From: an uncultured virus (IMG/VR IMGVR_UViG_3300044675_001378)
Taxonomy: Duplodnaviria > Heunggongvirae > Uroviricota > Caudoviricetes
Virus record (IMG/VR): IMGVR_UViG_3300044675_001378
Strand: one strand, 5' to 3'
DNA length: 64,000 nt
Both the position numbers and the translations under genes were made by a program. The notes under the pieces were generated by a model. That model was not told where the DNA came from and ran no database searches. It saw only the letters and a program-made list of their open reading frames with translations. Shown piece by piece: positions 34,935 to 45,899 of this stretch (position 1 is its first letter; each line of letters starts with the position of its first letter).

Positions 34935-37900
34935 ATGGCCGACAAAATCCAACTCCCCAATGGTGCTTTTTTTCCTGTTAAGGAGGGCGAGAGTAAGGAG
35001 CAGGCACTGGCCGTAGCCAAGCAAATGTACCCCGATGCGTTTCAAAAAACGCAATCTGCGGAGCCAAAACAAGACACATCTGGATTCAAAGCGGCAGCAT
35101 CTGCCGGTGCTACCCGATTAGGCGGGGAGTTTGAACTACTCAAAGGCAAGCTCGGCGTAAAGAGCGAAGCCGAAGCGCAGAAAGAATACGAAGCCGCGCA
35201 AGCAAAAGCAGCCGCACGCTTTACCCCCACAGAGAAGGGCTTTACGGAAGCCCCGTTTTTGAAGTTTAAGGAACTTCTTGGCGGCTCTGTTCCGTACGTG
35301 GTTGCGCCTGCGGCTGCGGGTCTTGCTGCTTTGGCTGCTCCTGTTGCCGCTCCGGTTGCTGCGGGTCTTGGTTTGTTGGGCGCAAGCGCGGTGTCCGCAG
35401 GTCAGTTCACGGGCTCCAACCTTGCCGCGCAGGTAGACACAGGCAAGACGCTGGAAGAAGCCAGCCTTGGCAAAGCGGTCGGCGCAGCAATTCCGCAAGC
35501 GCTAATTGACACGGCGGCTATGGCCCTCTTACCCGGTGTGGGTAAATTGTTTAGTTCTGTTGGTTCCAAACTGACTGCCGAACAAGCCAAAGCAATTGCA
35601 TCACAGACGCTGGCCCGCACCGCTGCGGACTACACCGCAAAAACAGGTCTGGCAATGGGGCGCGAGGGTATTACGGAAGTTGCCCAACAGGTGCTTGAGC
35701 GTTTGCAAGCAGGACTTGCGATTGCAGACCCCGAAGCACGCAAAGAGTACATTGACAGCTTTATTGGTGGCGCGGTATTAGGTGGGACTCTTGCCCCCGT
35801 TGGCCGTGCATTTGAGCGCAGTGGTGCCAAGAGCCAAGCGGCTGCCGAAGATCGCAAAACAAGACTGGCCGCAAAAGCCGAGGAGCAACGTCTTGCCGCT
35901 GAAGCCGATGCCAAAGAAGAGGCGTTTAAAAAGTCCCCTGATTACGCGCTCAAAGTAGCAGATGACTACGCCGCTGCCGAGAAAGCTAAAGCGGATTTAA
36001 TGGCTCAAAAGCGCAAGATTGTTAAGGGATCGCCCACTGAGACTGCGGACAAAGCGTTTAACACGATTATTACCAAGCAGCTTCAAGCGCAAGCGCCGGA
36101 GCTTAAAGCCCTTGGTGACGAATATGTTCGCCTTGAACCTATTATCAAGCAGGCAATTGAACAAAAACGAATTGAGACGCTGACCCCTGAAGAGTATTCG
36201 CTGGAGCAGATGCAGGCTGATGTTGCCGGTGCTGCCCCCCGCCGCACTCGTGACGAGCGTTTGGCGGCTTTGAATCAGCCAATTCCTGAAGAAGAAACGG
36301 CCCCCTCCCCCGACGCTGCGTACGTTGATGACCGTCTTGCATTGGCAAGAGCACAGGTTACCTTTACGGGGGACATTGAAAAGGATGCTCCCGATTACGT
36401 TGACTACCTGATGACCGACCCGCGCATGGCCCAGACCATCGTAAACAATCAAACAGCGTTGCCGGGATTTAACCGTAAAGAACAAAACCTTATTCGGGAC
36501 ATATTAAAGGTAAAACTGGACGCATTTCCGCAACCCCAAGCAGGCACCGCTGCGTCTCAAGCTCGTGTTGGCATTGTTGAAGAAGAAGAGCAAGCTGCCA
36601 TTGAAGCCCAACGCGCTGCGGACGAAGCCGAAGCTACCCGCATGGAGACGGAACGCGCTGATGCACAACGCACTGCTCGGCTTGCCCCCGAGGTAGAAGG
36701 TATCAAGCGGTTAGGCAAAGTGCCCGAAGGTGCTTTTAGTTCCGCCAACGCAGACGCTATTTTCCGCGACATGTATCTAAAACAAGCGGACGAGGAGCGC
36801 GTAGATCAATTGCTGTCTACGTTGCCCATGAGCAGCATCACGACGCCCGGTAAAATTTACGCAGGCTTGGGGTTTGAGACGGCCAGCCGCCGTGACTTAC
36901 TCACCCGCATTGCAGTGGCCAAAGCCCACACAGGCACGGAAGACGTAGCGCAGTTGCGCGAAGCGTTGGCCAAACTTGATGCCGAAGCCGGTAGCAAAGC
37001 CAACATGAGCGAGCGCCTGCCCGGTGAAGGCTTGCTGCCCGAAGCAGAAAAGAAAACGATTGCGGCTGAAAAACTTGCCGACCAGCAGAGTCGTACATTG
37101 CAAGAGTACATCCAGTTTTTGGAAGATAAAAAACGCGGCAAGCCGCGTGGCACGCTGCGTCTGGGCCGCAAAGAACGACTCGAAACCGCTGGCGACGAGT
37201 TTAAAGCTGCGTACGCCAAGCAGCATGTCGATGAGGTGAATGCGCGTTTGGATGCGTTTGGTTTGCCCCAACTTACAGAAACAGAAGCCAAGATTGCCAC
37301 GGGGCGTGTTATGCGCAACCTCAACGAGCTTGGTGAGCGTTGGACGGTATCTAGCACAGCAGCGCCGGGATTGGGGACGTTTGCTGCGCCCGTTAAGGCT
37401 ATGGAAGTTTTGCAAGAGCAGATTCGCAGCGGAATGTTCAAGACAATCAACGACGCGGCAGAGCGTGCTAACTTGGTGCGGCGCGGGGAAAAAGCCGGAA
37501 AGACTCGCACTGCTGAAGGCGGCGCACGCATTGCCACTCCTGACGAACTCAAGCTCCGCGCCGAGTCCACCGTTCCAAAAAATGACAAGCGCATTGCTAC
37601 CGAGTTGGCGACGCAGTTGCGGGATACGCTCGACCAGCGCACATACGCTAGGCCAGAACAACCAGCCCCTAAAGGCAAAGAGGGTTCTAATCGCGCAGAC
37701 ATGGCACTTGCCTTTGGCGCTCAAGAGCGCGGGATGCGTGCGGATATTGCCAGTCGCGCAGAGTCCCTTGACGAAGACACCAAGGACTTTGTTCGCCTTG
37801 CAGCCGACACGTTGGACCAGATCAAGGATGAATCGCTTATCACGCGCCTTAAAGAAGGTTTGCAAGACGTGGCTGAAGGCCGCAAAGTCAGCGCACTGAC

Positions 37901-40900
37901 GCAGCAAGAACTCAAAGACTTTGTAGCCACTCGTGCCAAGGATGTGCAGAGCACCACGCGCCCCGGCGCTACCCCTGAAGAGTTGCAACGCACCAGCGCC
38001 CAGCCGCAAATGTCGCTGGCTGGTTTTGATGAAGTTGGAGAGCGTACTCAGCGTGCTACACCTAAGAACTTTCAGAAGATGCTTGACTCTAAGGATGTGC
38101 AGGGCATGCGTGCAGCTATTGCAAAAATGCGCACCGACAACATAGTGGCAATACAAGAAGCCGCACGTAACACCCCCGCAGCGCTGCGTGCAGCACGTAC
38201 CGCCAAAGCTCGTGTAGCGTATAACGCGGCACTTGCACAGGAACAGAAAAACTCTTCAGTTGTCAGTAAGCTAAAAGCCGTGTTCACAGAAGAGCGGGCG
38301 GGCGCAAGAGAAGTTGTTGACGCGCTGCAAAATCAACTTGTTGGTTTGCAAAAAAGAATTGACGAAGTTGCCGAAGTTCGTTCGATGTTAGGAAAAGAAA
38401 CAAACGACATGGCGTTGATGATACAAGCGCCAAGTGTTTTGGGGCAGGAAAAAGCACTTCAAAAACGTTTGAAAGAAACGCAGACTGCTTTGGATTTTGC
38501 TAAAGATTTGGTTGTTGCCGTAGACAAACAAAACGCTGCCAGTGCGACGTTGTATGACATGCTCACTAAAGAAGTCACAACTACTACAGAAGTCAGGCGT
38601 ACTAGAGAAACAGGCGGTCGGTTCCAAGCGTTTGAAAAACAGCAGCGGCGGGGCGAGCAAGCGGTTGAGGATGCGCGTAAAGAGCTGGATGCTGCTGAAA
38701 GGGCCGAACGTGAAGCCGCCGTAGAAATTAAAAAAACTAAGTCGGTACAGTCGGAGTTTCGTGATACTGCGCAGCGTGCTCGTGAAGGTTTGGACTTGCC
38801 CGGACTGCGCAGCACGGTTGACACAACCAAGATGCGGACGCAAATTAGCAACATCCGCAGCGCTATGGGATCGCTCGATGCTCAGCTCAATGCGGAAACA
38901 GACCCCGTTAAGAAAGCAGCTATCCAAGCAAAGATAGACGCTACGGCGGCTAAGCTAGAAACTGTTTACGCGGACGCCCCGCGTATCACGACGGCTATTG
39001 CTGAAAAAGACCAGCTCTTGTTTGAGCAGACGTTTGATGACGTTCATATTGCTGCGTACGACAAGCAGATGGCCAAGGCACGTATCAAGGGCGGTGAATA
39101 CGGCCCTGCGCTTTCCAACCGCAGGCAAGGCACGGTAGATCGTCCACAAACCGGGGGACGTATTGTACAAACGGGCGAGAAACGTGCAACTCCAGCCAGT
39201 GAGATGGCCGGTAGCGCTCTTGAACGCGTTGCGCAGGAGCGTGCCGCGCTGCGTGAACTGGAAGACCGCGTAGCTTTCTTGCGTGCAAACGGCAAAGACA
39301 AAGTTAAGGGTCGGCTGACCGACGCTTTTAAGGCGCTGCAAGAAAAAGTTACAAAGCAAAAAGTGGTTGTCAGGGAAACGGAAGAAGCACAGAAAGCAAC
39401 CGTTGCAGCCGTGCGCGACATCAACAAAGAAGAACGTGCCGAAAAAGCGCGGGTTCGTAAGGCAGAGGTAAAAGCTGAAGATGACGGCGTGGTGTTCCGC
39501 ACAACTACCCGGGGCGGGCCTACGTTGGCTACCGAAGAAGTGTCCGCAATTGCGGATCGCATCACCGCTGACTGGAAAAACGCTCCTGAAATTGTTGTAG
39601 TGGCAACGGAGAACGAACTGCCACTGCGTATATTGGGGCTGCTTGTCAAACGCGAAGCCACCAAAAACACCCCCGGTTTGTTTGATATTCCAAGTGGCAA
39701 GGTGTACTTGATCGCCAGCAATTTGCGTAGTGCCCAAGATGTGGTGCTTACAGTTGCACACGAAGCAACGGGCCACTTTGGTTTGCGCGATTTACTTGGC
39801 GGCGACTACACGCGCACGATGGACAGCCTCTACGCAGGTAATCCGGATGTACGCAAACAAGCCGACGCGAAGCTGGCAAAGGAACCCGCGCTAACTCAGC
39901 AAGTTGCTGTGGAAGAAGTGTTGGCCGACATGGCCGAGACGGGCGGCGTTACGCCCGCCGAGAAAAGCGCATTGCGCCGTATTTACGAGGTTCTGCGTAA
40001 CTGGTTCCGCACCACCTTCAAGCTGCCAAACGTCACCGATGCGGAAGTCCAGCAGCTCGTTGCCAATGCCCGCAAGCAGGTTATTGAGGGCGGCAAGAAA
40101 GCAGAAGGCGTTGCGCCGGAAGGCGGGATACTGCGCCGAACTAAGCAGACAGAACCGGCTAACGCGTTGGAATCGCTAGCGCGGGAAATCACAGCACAGC
40201 CCCTAACGCTCAAGGAAAAGCTGGGCAACAACCTTGCACTGCAAACCGAAATGCAAGCAGTGGACATGCGTGCAGGTCTGCGCGAAACGCTCCGCTTTGG
40301 AGACGACAGTCTGTTTACCCAAGCCATGTACCACGTACGCAAGGCTGAGCAGAAAATGGCGCAGATGTTCACCGTCATGAACAGCGGTCCGCTGGTGGCG
40401 TACAAAGATGCCAAAGGGTTTATAGGGTATCGAAGTTCCAATGAAAACAGCGCTCGTGATGTGTTTGACGCGATTGCTGACATCCCTGTGGACGATCCGC
40501 AGCTAAAGACCAATATTGCACAGGCGTATCTAGTTGCTATCCGCGCAAACAACAAAGGCTTGTCCAAGCTGGATATGGGGGAACTGGGCGTTACACAAGA
40601 AGCCCTTGACGCGGCGCTGGCCGCAGCCGATGCCGACCCTGCTTTGAAAACCGCACTGGAGAACGTGCGCCGCAAGTACAACGCGTACAACAAGGGGCTT
40701 ATTGAGTTCCTTGCTTCGACTGGCCGTATCTCTAAGAAGGCAGCAGCCGACTTGCTGAAAGACGGCGATTACGTTCCGTACTACCGTGTGCGCGACAACG
40801 GCATGGCTGAGCTGAACTTTGGCAACAACGTCACGTTCAACGTGGGCGACATCCGCCGCCAGCCATACCTTGCGGAGCTTAAAGGTGGCCAGACCAAGTT

Positions 40901-42791
40901 GCTGCCCCTGAACGAAGCCATTCAGCAAAACACATTGTTGCTGACGGACATGGCGCTGACCAACAATGCTGCGAAGAGCGTTGCGTACGGCTTGCAAGCG
41001 CTGGGCAAAGGCATGGGTCCCGTCGATCCTATTACAGGTAAACCCGGCAATCTGATGCCGATCAAGACTGGCCCCGGTCCTGCTGACGCACGCACCATCC
41101 GTTTCTTCCAAGAGCCTGACCCAAGCAACCCGAAGGACACCGGCGAGCGCCATCTGATTGTCAACACCAAAGGCACCGCAGCCGAAGGCATCCCCGCCGA
41201 GCTGGTCGTGCAGAGTTTGGAAGGCGCAAGCCTTGCGCTCCCCGGGTTTTTCAAGCTGGGCGGAGCTGCTGCCGATTTGCTGCGTGCTGGTGTGACCCGC
41301 ACGCCCTTGTATATTGCCCGCAAGCTGATCCGTGAGCCTATGGCCGCAGCTTTTACAGGTGGCCTGAACAGCAACGTGTTTTCTGCGGTCTTCAAAGCAG
41401 GCGCTGAGTTTGTGCGCATGAGCCGTGGTACCAGTGACGCGCAAGCCAAGCTCATTGAGAAGGGTTTAATTCAGTCCAACATCTTTGCAGGCGACATGTC
41501 TGACATGAAGAAGATGGCTCTTCAGCTTGCCAGCGGCAAAGACCAGAGCGCATTTGACAAAGTGCTGGCCGCAGCCGACCGATACGCGATGCGTGCCGAT
41601 GCTGCCACACTGGCGCTGGTGCTCAAAAACGCTGAAGAGAACGGGCTGTCAGAAGTTGAAGCTGACATGATGACGATGGAGTCCATGAACTTCTACAAGC
41701 GTGGGCTTTCGCCTACGCTGCAATACGCCAGCCGTTTGATCCCGTTCTTCAACGCGCAGATTCAGGGTCTGAGCGTTCTGATTAAGGCTGCTCGCGGCAA
41801 TATGCCGTTTGAGGAACAGCAGCAAATCAAGCGCAAGTTCTTTAACAATGCCATGCTGCTAATGGCTACGGGGCTTGTGTACGCAATGGCGATGGAAGAT
41901 GACGAGACATTCCGCAACGCCCGCCCTCGGGACAAGTACTCCAACTTCTTCTTACCTATTCCGTTCGTGGATGAGCCCATTAAACTGCCCATCCCGTTTG
42001 AAGCCGGTTACTTCTTCTCGCTGGCGGTGGCTGCTGTCGATGGCATGCGTGCCGAGACTGATGGCAAGGCGCAGTTCCAAGCGCTGCGCGACTTGTTCTT
42101 GGGGTCTATCCCCGGCTACTCGTCTATGGGAATGCCTGCACTTGTTAAGCCTGCTTTTGAAGTATGGGCCGACAAGAACTTTTTGACCGGTGGTTCCGTG
42201 GAGCCTCGCCGTTTGCAGAGTGTCAACACTGAGGAGCGCTACCTTGCGACCACCACAGAGCTGGCCAAGCAGATGAGCAAGGCGGTGCCAATCCTGTCAC
42301 CCATTCAGATCGAGCACATTGTGCGCGGGTATCTGGGCGTGCTGCCCTTGGTGGCTGCGGCGGGAGCCAACAGTTTGTTTGAGGGTGAGAAAAAGGCGGA
42401 GAAACCCGAAAGCCGTGCGTCTGAATTACCGTTGATTGGCACCGCGTTCCAGAAAAAGTACGGTGGTGGCGATGCCGACGTGGTGTACCGCGAAGCGCAA
42501 GAAGCCATTGAGGCTCGCAACACATTTAACAAGATGCTCAGAGAAGGCCGCAGAGAAGACGCCGTTGCTTACCGCGATAAGAACAAGGCCGATCTAGCTA
42601 TGGCTTCCGCTGCGGGGCAGTATCGGCAAGTGGTTGGTCGCATCAACGAGGACATCCGCCGTACGCAAGATCGCACTGACCTGACACCACAAGAAAAGCG
42701 CATCCGTTTGGATGCGCTGGATAAGGCAAAACAGGAACGCGCCGATGCGTTTATCCAAATGTCACGCAGAATAGCGGAGCGGGTAGGTTAA
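34935..42791 (+). CDS. large polyvalent protein (zincin-like HExxGH metallopeptidase plus LPD38-like C-terminus)
   Basis: 2618 aa; AHEATGHFGL..VEEVLAD; IPFFNAQIQG, KLPIPFEAG, SPIQIEHIVRGYLG. Confidence 0.8.
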   Translation: MADKIQLPNGAFFPVKEGESKEQALAVAKQMYPDAFQKTQSAEPKQDTSGFKAAASAGATRLGGEFELLKGKLGVKSEAEAQKEYEAAQAKAAARFTPTEKGFTEAPFLKFKELLGGSVPYVVAPAAAGLAALAAPVAAPVAAGLGLLGASAVSAGQFTGSNLAAQVDTGKTLEEASLGKAVGAAIPQALIDTAAMALLPGVGKLFSSVGSKLTAEQAKAIASQTLARTAADYTAKTGLAMGREGITEVAQQVLERLQAGLAIADPEARKEYIDSFIGGAVLGGTLAPVGRAFERSGAKSQAAAEDRKTRLAAKAEEQRLAAEADAKEEAFKKSPDYALKVADDYAAAEKAKADLMAQKRKIVKGSPTETADKAFNTIITKQLQAQAPELKALGDEYVRLEPIIKQAIEQKRIETLTPEEYSLEQMQADVAGAAPRRTRDERLAALNQPIPEEETAPSPDAAYVDDRLALARAQVTFTGDIEKDAPDYVDYLMTDPRMAQTIVNNQTALPGFNRKEQNLIRDILKVKLDAFPQPQAGTAASQARVGIVEEEEQAAIEAQRAADEAEATRMETERADAQRTARLAPEVEGIKRLGKVPEGAFSSANADAIFRDMYLKQADEERVDQLLSTLPMSSITTPGKIYAGLGFETASRRDLLTRIAVAKAHTGTEDVAQLREALAKLDAEAGSKANMSERLPGEGLLPEAEKKTIAAEKLADQQSRTLQEYIQFLEDKKRGKPRGTLRLGRKERLETAGDEFKAAYAKQHVDEVNARLDAFGLPQLTETEAKIATGRVMRNLNELGERWTVSSTAAPGLGTFAAPVKAMEVLQEQIRSGMFKTINDAAERANLVRRGEKAGKTRTAEGGARIATPDELKLRAESTVPKNDKRIATELATQLRDTLDQRTYARPEQPAPKGKEGSNRADMALAFGAQERGMRADIASRAESLDEDTKDFVRLAADTLDQIKDESLITRLKEGLQDVAEGRKVSALTQQELKDFVATRAKDVQSTTRPGATPEELQRTSAQPQMSLAGFDEVGERTQRATPKNFQKMLDSKDVQGMRAAIAKMRTDNIVAIQEAARNTPAALRAARTAKARVAYNAALAQEQKNSSVVSKLKAVFTEERAGAREVVDALQNQLVGLQKRIDEVAEVRSMLGKETNDMALMIQAPSVLGQEKALQKRLKETQTALDFAKDLVVAVDKQNAASATLYDMLTKEVTTTTEVRRTRETGGRFQAFEKQQRRGEQAVEDARKELDAAERAEREAAVEIKKTKSVQSEFRDTAQRAREGLDLPGLRSTVDTTKMRTQISNIRSAMGSLDAQLNAETDPVKKAAIQAKIDATAAKLETVYADAPRITTAIAEKDQLLFEQTFDDVHIAAYDKQMAKARIKGGEYGPALSNRRQGTVDRPQTGGRIVQTGEKRATPASEMAGSALERVAQERAALRELEDRVAFLRANGKDKVKGRLTDAFKALQEKVTKQKVVVRETEEAQKATVAAVRDINKEERAEKARVRKAEVKAEDDGVVFRTTTRGGPTLATEEVSAIADRITADWKNAPEIVVVATENELPLRILGLLVKREATKNTPGLFDIPSGKVYLIASNLRSAQDVVLTVAHEATGHFGLRDLLGGDYTRTMDSLYAGNPDVRKQADAKLAKEPALTQQVAVEEVLADMAETGGVTPAEKSALRRIYEVLRNWFRTTFKLPNVTDAEVQQLVANARKQVIEGGKKAEGVAPEGGILRRTKQTEPANALESLAREITAQPLTLKEKLGNNLALQTEMQAVDMRAGLRETLRFGDDSLFTQAMYHVRKAEQKMAQMFTVMNSGPLVAYKDAKGFIGYRSSNENSARDVFDAIADIPVDDPQLKTNIAQAYLVAIRANNKGLSKLDMGELGVTQEALDAALAAADADPALKTALENVRRKYNAYNKGLIEFLASTGRISKKAAADLLKDGDYVPYYRVRDNGMAELNFGNNVTFNVGDIRRQPYLAELKGGQTKLLPLNEAIQQNTLLLTDMALTNNAAKSVAYGLQALGKGMGPVDPITGKPGNLMPIKTGPGPADARTIRFFQEPDPSNPKDTGERHLIVNTKGTAAEGIPAELVVQSLEGASLALPGFFKLGGAAADLLRAGVTRTPLYIARKLIREPMAAAFTGGLNSNVFSAVFKAGAEFVRMSRGTSDAQAKLIEKGLIQSNIFAGDMSDMKKMALQLASGKDQSAFDKVLAAADRYAMRADAATLALVLKNAEENGLSEVEADMMTMESMNFYKRGLSPTLQYASRLIPFFNAQIQGLSVLIKAARGNMPFEEQQQIKRKFFNNAMLLMATGLVYAMAMEDDETFRNARPRDKYSNFFLPIPFVDEPIKLPIPFEAGYFFSLAVAAVDGMRAETDGKAQFQALRDLFLGSIPGYSSMGMPALVKPAFEVWADKNFLTGGSVEPRRLQSVNTEERYLATTTELAKQMSKAVPILSPIQIEHIVRGYLGVLPLVAAAGANSLFEGEKKAEKPESRASELPLIGTAFQKKYGGGDADVVYREAQEAIEARNTFNKMLREGRREDAVAYRDKNKADLAMASAAGQYRQVVGRINEDIRRTQDRTDLTPQEKRIRLDALDKAKQERADAFIQMSRRIAERVG

Positions 42792-42985
42792 GAAACACGG
42801 TCGGGGAGGCGATAGAACCACACCCCGATGATGCCGTTACGGATGCCCGCAATAGCGCGGGCATCTCGGTATCTCAACGCTTGGTTCAGCCCCTTGATGC
42901 GCACGGCTTCCGTGTCGAGGCAGGGGACAAAGAACCCCTGTCCTCGCTCAGTCTTGTCCCACGGGAACCGAATTGAGTAGCTCAT
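42788..42985 (-). CDS. small putative DNA-binding protein
   Basis: 65 aa; FPW...GQGFFVPC; last gene of replication operon. Confidence 0.65.
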   Translation of the reverse strand: MSYSIRFPWDKTERGQGFFVPCLDTEAVRIKGLNQALRYRDARAIAGIRNGIIGVWFYRLPDRVS

Positions 42986-45884
42986 TATCCTTCTCAGTAA
43001 TAAGGCGTGAAATCTTCAGCACAGCCACACGCATCTGGGGGCCACGGGTCTTGGCGGTCATGTCCTTCTTGGAGATTTCCGACACCTTGAACAGCGCCCC
43101 AAGCTGACGCTTGAAGTCCGCGTAGCCGAAGCTCATGTTGGCGCAGCAAGCCTTGAGCATACTCTGCTCGATGAAGTAGTCAATGTACCCCGGCGTTGCG
43201 CCGTGCTCAATGCGCCCCATGATGCGTGATCTGGTGGTCGAGTCATCGACCTCCTTGCCGTTGCCAAGCTCTGCCAGTACGCGGTTGCCCTCGACGTGGC
43301 GGATAACGATGAACTGGCCGTAGTGCTCGCGGGTATAAGCGTTCAGGACATCTTCGGCGCTACGGGCGTTGCCTTTGATATTGTTGCGCATGCCGGTGAC
43401 AATCCCGTGCAGGAACTCGATGATCTTGCCCATCGGTATGTCAATGATACCGGCATGGGTGCTCGACATGAGAATGCCAGCGCCGACCAGCTCGGCAATA
43501 CCCGCCATCCAGAAGCGCTCATCATTGGTAGCGTTGAACTCCTTGTACATGTTCGACACGATCTCGGGCACCATTGTCTTGAGCAACTCGACGTTCTTGG
43601 CCATGTACTCGACCAGCATGTGGCCAGCTACCGCATAGTTGTGCTGCAAGGACTTGACGATCTCAATCTCGTGCGGCTCCCATGTCAGCGGCTGGTCCAT
43701 GATGAACTCCAGCAGGCGGCGAAGCTCGCCCTCAGACGCATGGTTGCGGCCCCCCGTGAGCATATCAACGGCGTGGGTGTTGGACGACATGATCGCCACG
43801 GTCATCCATGTGGACAGGTTCAAGCGCTCTTTGTTGGAGCCGGACTCCATACGCTCCTTGCCACGGCCCTCGGTCATGTCCAGCAGGAACTCGGGGAACC
43901 ACTCGAAGTTGTTGCGGTTCTTGCTGGTGATCTCATCCGTAATCAGCGGGTTGCTGTTGAGTAGACCCAAGCGCTGCTGCATGGCTACGGGGGATGTGCC
44001 CTTGCCTGTGCGGTAGTGGGTGGGGTGGCCCCAGACGGATGCGGCTGCTTCCAGCGCCAGCGTCTTGCCTGTGCCGGACTCGGTTGAGCCGCAGTGGTAG
44101 GTCATGCCGTAGATACCCGTGAAGCGCATCAGGGGCGCTCCAGCACCGGCAAGCATGACGGCCAAGTGGGCGTACATCTTCTTGTGGATAAGTAGGTTGA
44201 TGAACGCACGCCACGCCTCGATGGTGCCGGTTGGTTTGGTGTTTGCCACGATGTTCTCAAGTCCGGCCATAGGCACGGAGATGGGCGCTGCTGCCTTGCT
44301 GTAAATCTTGCCAGCGAAGACGTAGGTATCGTCCTCTTGCCAGCCATAGTTTGATGGCACTTTAACGGCTGCCTTACCGGTACTTGCTTGTTCCACGCAT
44401 GCCCTCACATATTCAAAAAGGTTTTTGTCATTACCAGCGCCAAAGGAGGCGATGATGTTTTGTTGAGCCAGTGCTTTGACTGTCTCGTCTTTGCTCACCA
44501 CCGCTCTTTGCGGGATGGTGATTGTTGCTGGGCCTTCTGGCCGCAGCGCTAGCATGTGAACAGTGTGTTCACCGCCGCTGTTCAGGATATCCACCACGAA
44601 CAGATCGTATGGCAACAACATCACCTGCTTCTTGGTTGTTTTGCCGTCAGCATCTTCCATCGACTTTTCGGAAAACACGCCGCCCTTGCTGCCGTAGCCG
44701 AACCCACGCGGAGGCGTAGGACGCAGCAGTTTCTTGACCTCGGGCGCGATGCTAGGGCTTTCCGATGGGATAACGATTTCGATTTCTTTCTCAGCCACGT
44801 CCATTTCAATCACACGGCCAAGCGCAAGCGGGTTGGTGATCTTGCCAAAGTGTTGACACCCGTCACAGCCGCCCGGGTTCTCGCTCTCAAACTTCACGCA
44901 CGGGTACGGCCCCTTGATCTGCGCCTGCTTTTCACGCATGCGCTGCTCGTCGTAGGGATGCAACCCACTGAGCCACGCCGCTGCACGCTCGCCGTCCGAA
45001 CACTTCTGGGCAATGCTCAGCCAGCCACGCCACAAGGGCTCCATGCCGTCCTCTTCGGCGTTCTCTACGAAGTGCTTGAGCTGAGCGCAGCCGGTGCCGT
45101 TCTTGGTCTTCAGGAAGATCGTGCCGAACTTGGTCGTGCTGTTCTCAAACAACTTGGCTCCGGCCATCGTAGTCGGCACTGCTGGCGCTGCATCTGGGCG
45201 CTTCCCCGGCAGGCTCAACGCAGACGTTGCCGCTGCTGGAGCCGTCGTAGTTAGCTTGGCTGCAATGGCTTGGCTGATGGTGTCAAAGTTAAAGCGGTCG
45301 CCCTCGGTCAGCAGCTTGACTTGCTTAGGCTCCCCGTACTTCCACGAGCCATCCTCTTTGTTCTTCTTAAAGTTGAACGTGTTGGGGATCCGCAGCACCC
45401 GTGCAGCGTCTGCTGTCACAGTCATGTCGATGTTGAGCTTTTGCTGCTTGCACAGGCGCTTCAAGTTCTCGGCAGTGGGCTTCCACACAGCCACATCGAT
45501 GTCTTCAGTGAACGGCCAGTAGCAGTGCAGCCCGCCGCCAGAGAACACGATCCACGGAGCGCCCAGCGCATCCAAGCCAGTTTCGGCAAGGAACGCACCG
45601 AGTGCCAGCGCAGCCTGCTTCTTGGAAGCGTAGCCGTCCATGTCGATGAACAGGGATTTGATGGAGCGAGCGTTCTCTGCCGTGCGCTTGCCCGATGTCT
45701 CGAACGATGCCAGTGCGAAGTAAACGTCCTGCTGTGCCTCGACCCAGTTGTCTACGGCAGGGTAAAAGTCTTCCAGATTCTCGACATACCGGTGCTCTTT
45801 CTTTTTTGTGCTCAGTTCCGCCGCGCAGTACAACCCGTTATCCGGGGACGGCAAAACCACCGCAAGGAATTCAAGCGGGTTCAT
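42948..45884 (-). CDS. primase-helicase (RepB/AEP-like primase plus DUF927/SF3-like ATPase)
   Basis: FIDMD, SGGGLHCYW, DAARVLRIP; Cys cluster; Walker A GSTESGTGKT, ITDE. Confidence 0.85.
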   Translation of the reverse strand: MNPLEFLAVVLPSPDNGLYCAAELSTKKKEHRYVENLEDFYPAVDNWVEAQQDVYFALASFETSGKRTAENARSIKSLFIDMDGYASKKQAALALGAFLAETGLDALGAPWIVFSGGGLHCYWPFTEDIDVAVWKPTAENLKRLCKQQKLNIDMTVTADAARVLRIPNTFNFKKNKEDGSWKYGEPKQVKLLTEGDRFNFDTISQAIAAKLTTTAPAAATSALSLPGKRPDAAPAVPTTMAGAKLFENSTTKFGTIFLKTKNGTGCAQLKHFVENAEEDGMEPLWRGWLSIAQKCSDGERAAAWLSGLHPYDEQRMREKQAQIKGPYPCVKFESENPGGCDGCQHFGKITNPLALGRVIEMDVAEKEIEIVIPSESPSIAPEVKKLLRPTPPRGFGYGSKGGVFSEKSMEDADGKTTKKQVMLLPYDLFVVDILNSGGEHTVHMLALRPEGPATITIPQRAVVSKDETVKALAQQNIIASFGAGNDKNLFEYVRACVEQASTGKAAVKVPSNYGWQEDDTYVFAGKIYSKAAAPISVPMAGLENIVANTKPTGTIEAWRAFINLLIHKKMYAHLAVMLAGAGAPLMRFTGIYGMTYHCGSTESGTGKTLALEAAASVWGHPTHYRTGKGTSPVAMQQRLGLLNSNPLITDEITSKNRNNFEWFPEFLLDMTEGRGKERMESGSNKERLNLSTWMTVAIMSSNTHAVDMLTGGRNHASEGELRRLLEFIMDQPLTWEPHEIEIVKSLQHNYAVAGHMLVEYMAKNVELLKTMVPEIVSNMYKEFNATNDERFWMAGIAELVGAGILMSSTHAGIIDIPMGKIIEFLHGIVTGMRNNIKGNARSAEDVLNAYTREHYGQFIVIRHVEGNRVLAELGNGKEVDDSTTRSRIMGRIEHGATPGYIDYFIEQSMLKACCANMSFGYADFKRQLGALFKVSEISKKDMTAKTRGPQMRVAVLKISRLITEKDNELLNSVPVGQD

Positions 45885-45899
45885 TAGCGTCCTTGGGGT

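Noticed and set aside
36897..38156. Long antisense ORFs (419 aa here; others opposite portal, terL, polA, primase)
   Set aside because: Shadow frames of GC-rich coding genes; no RBS or recognisable motifs.
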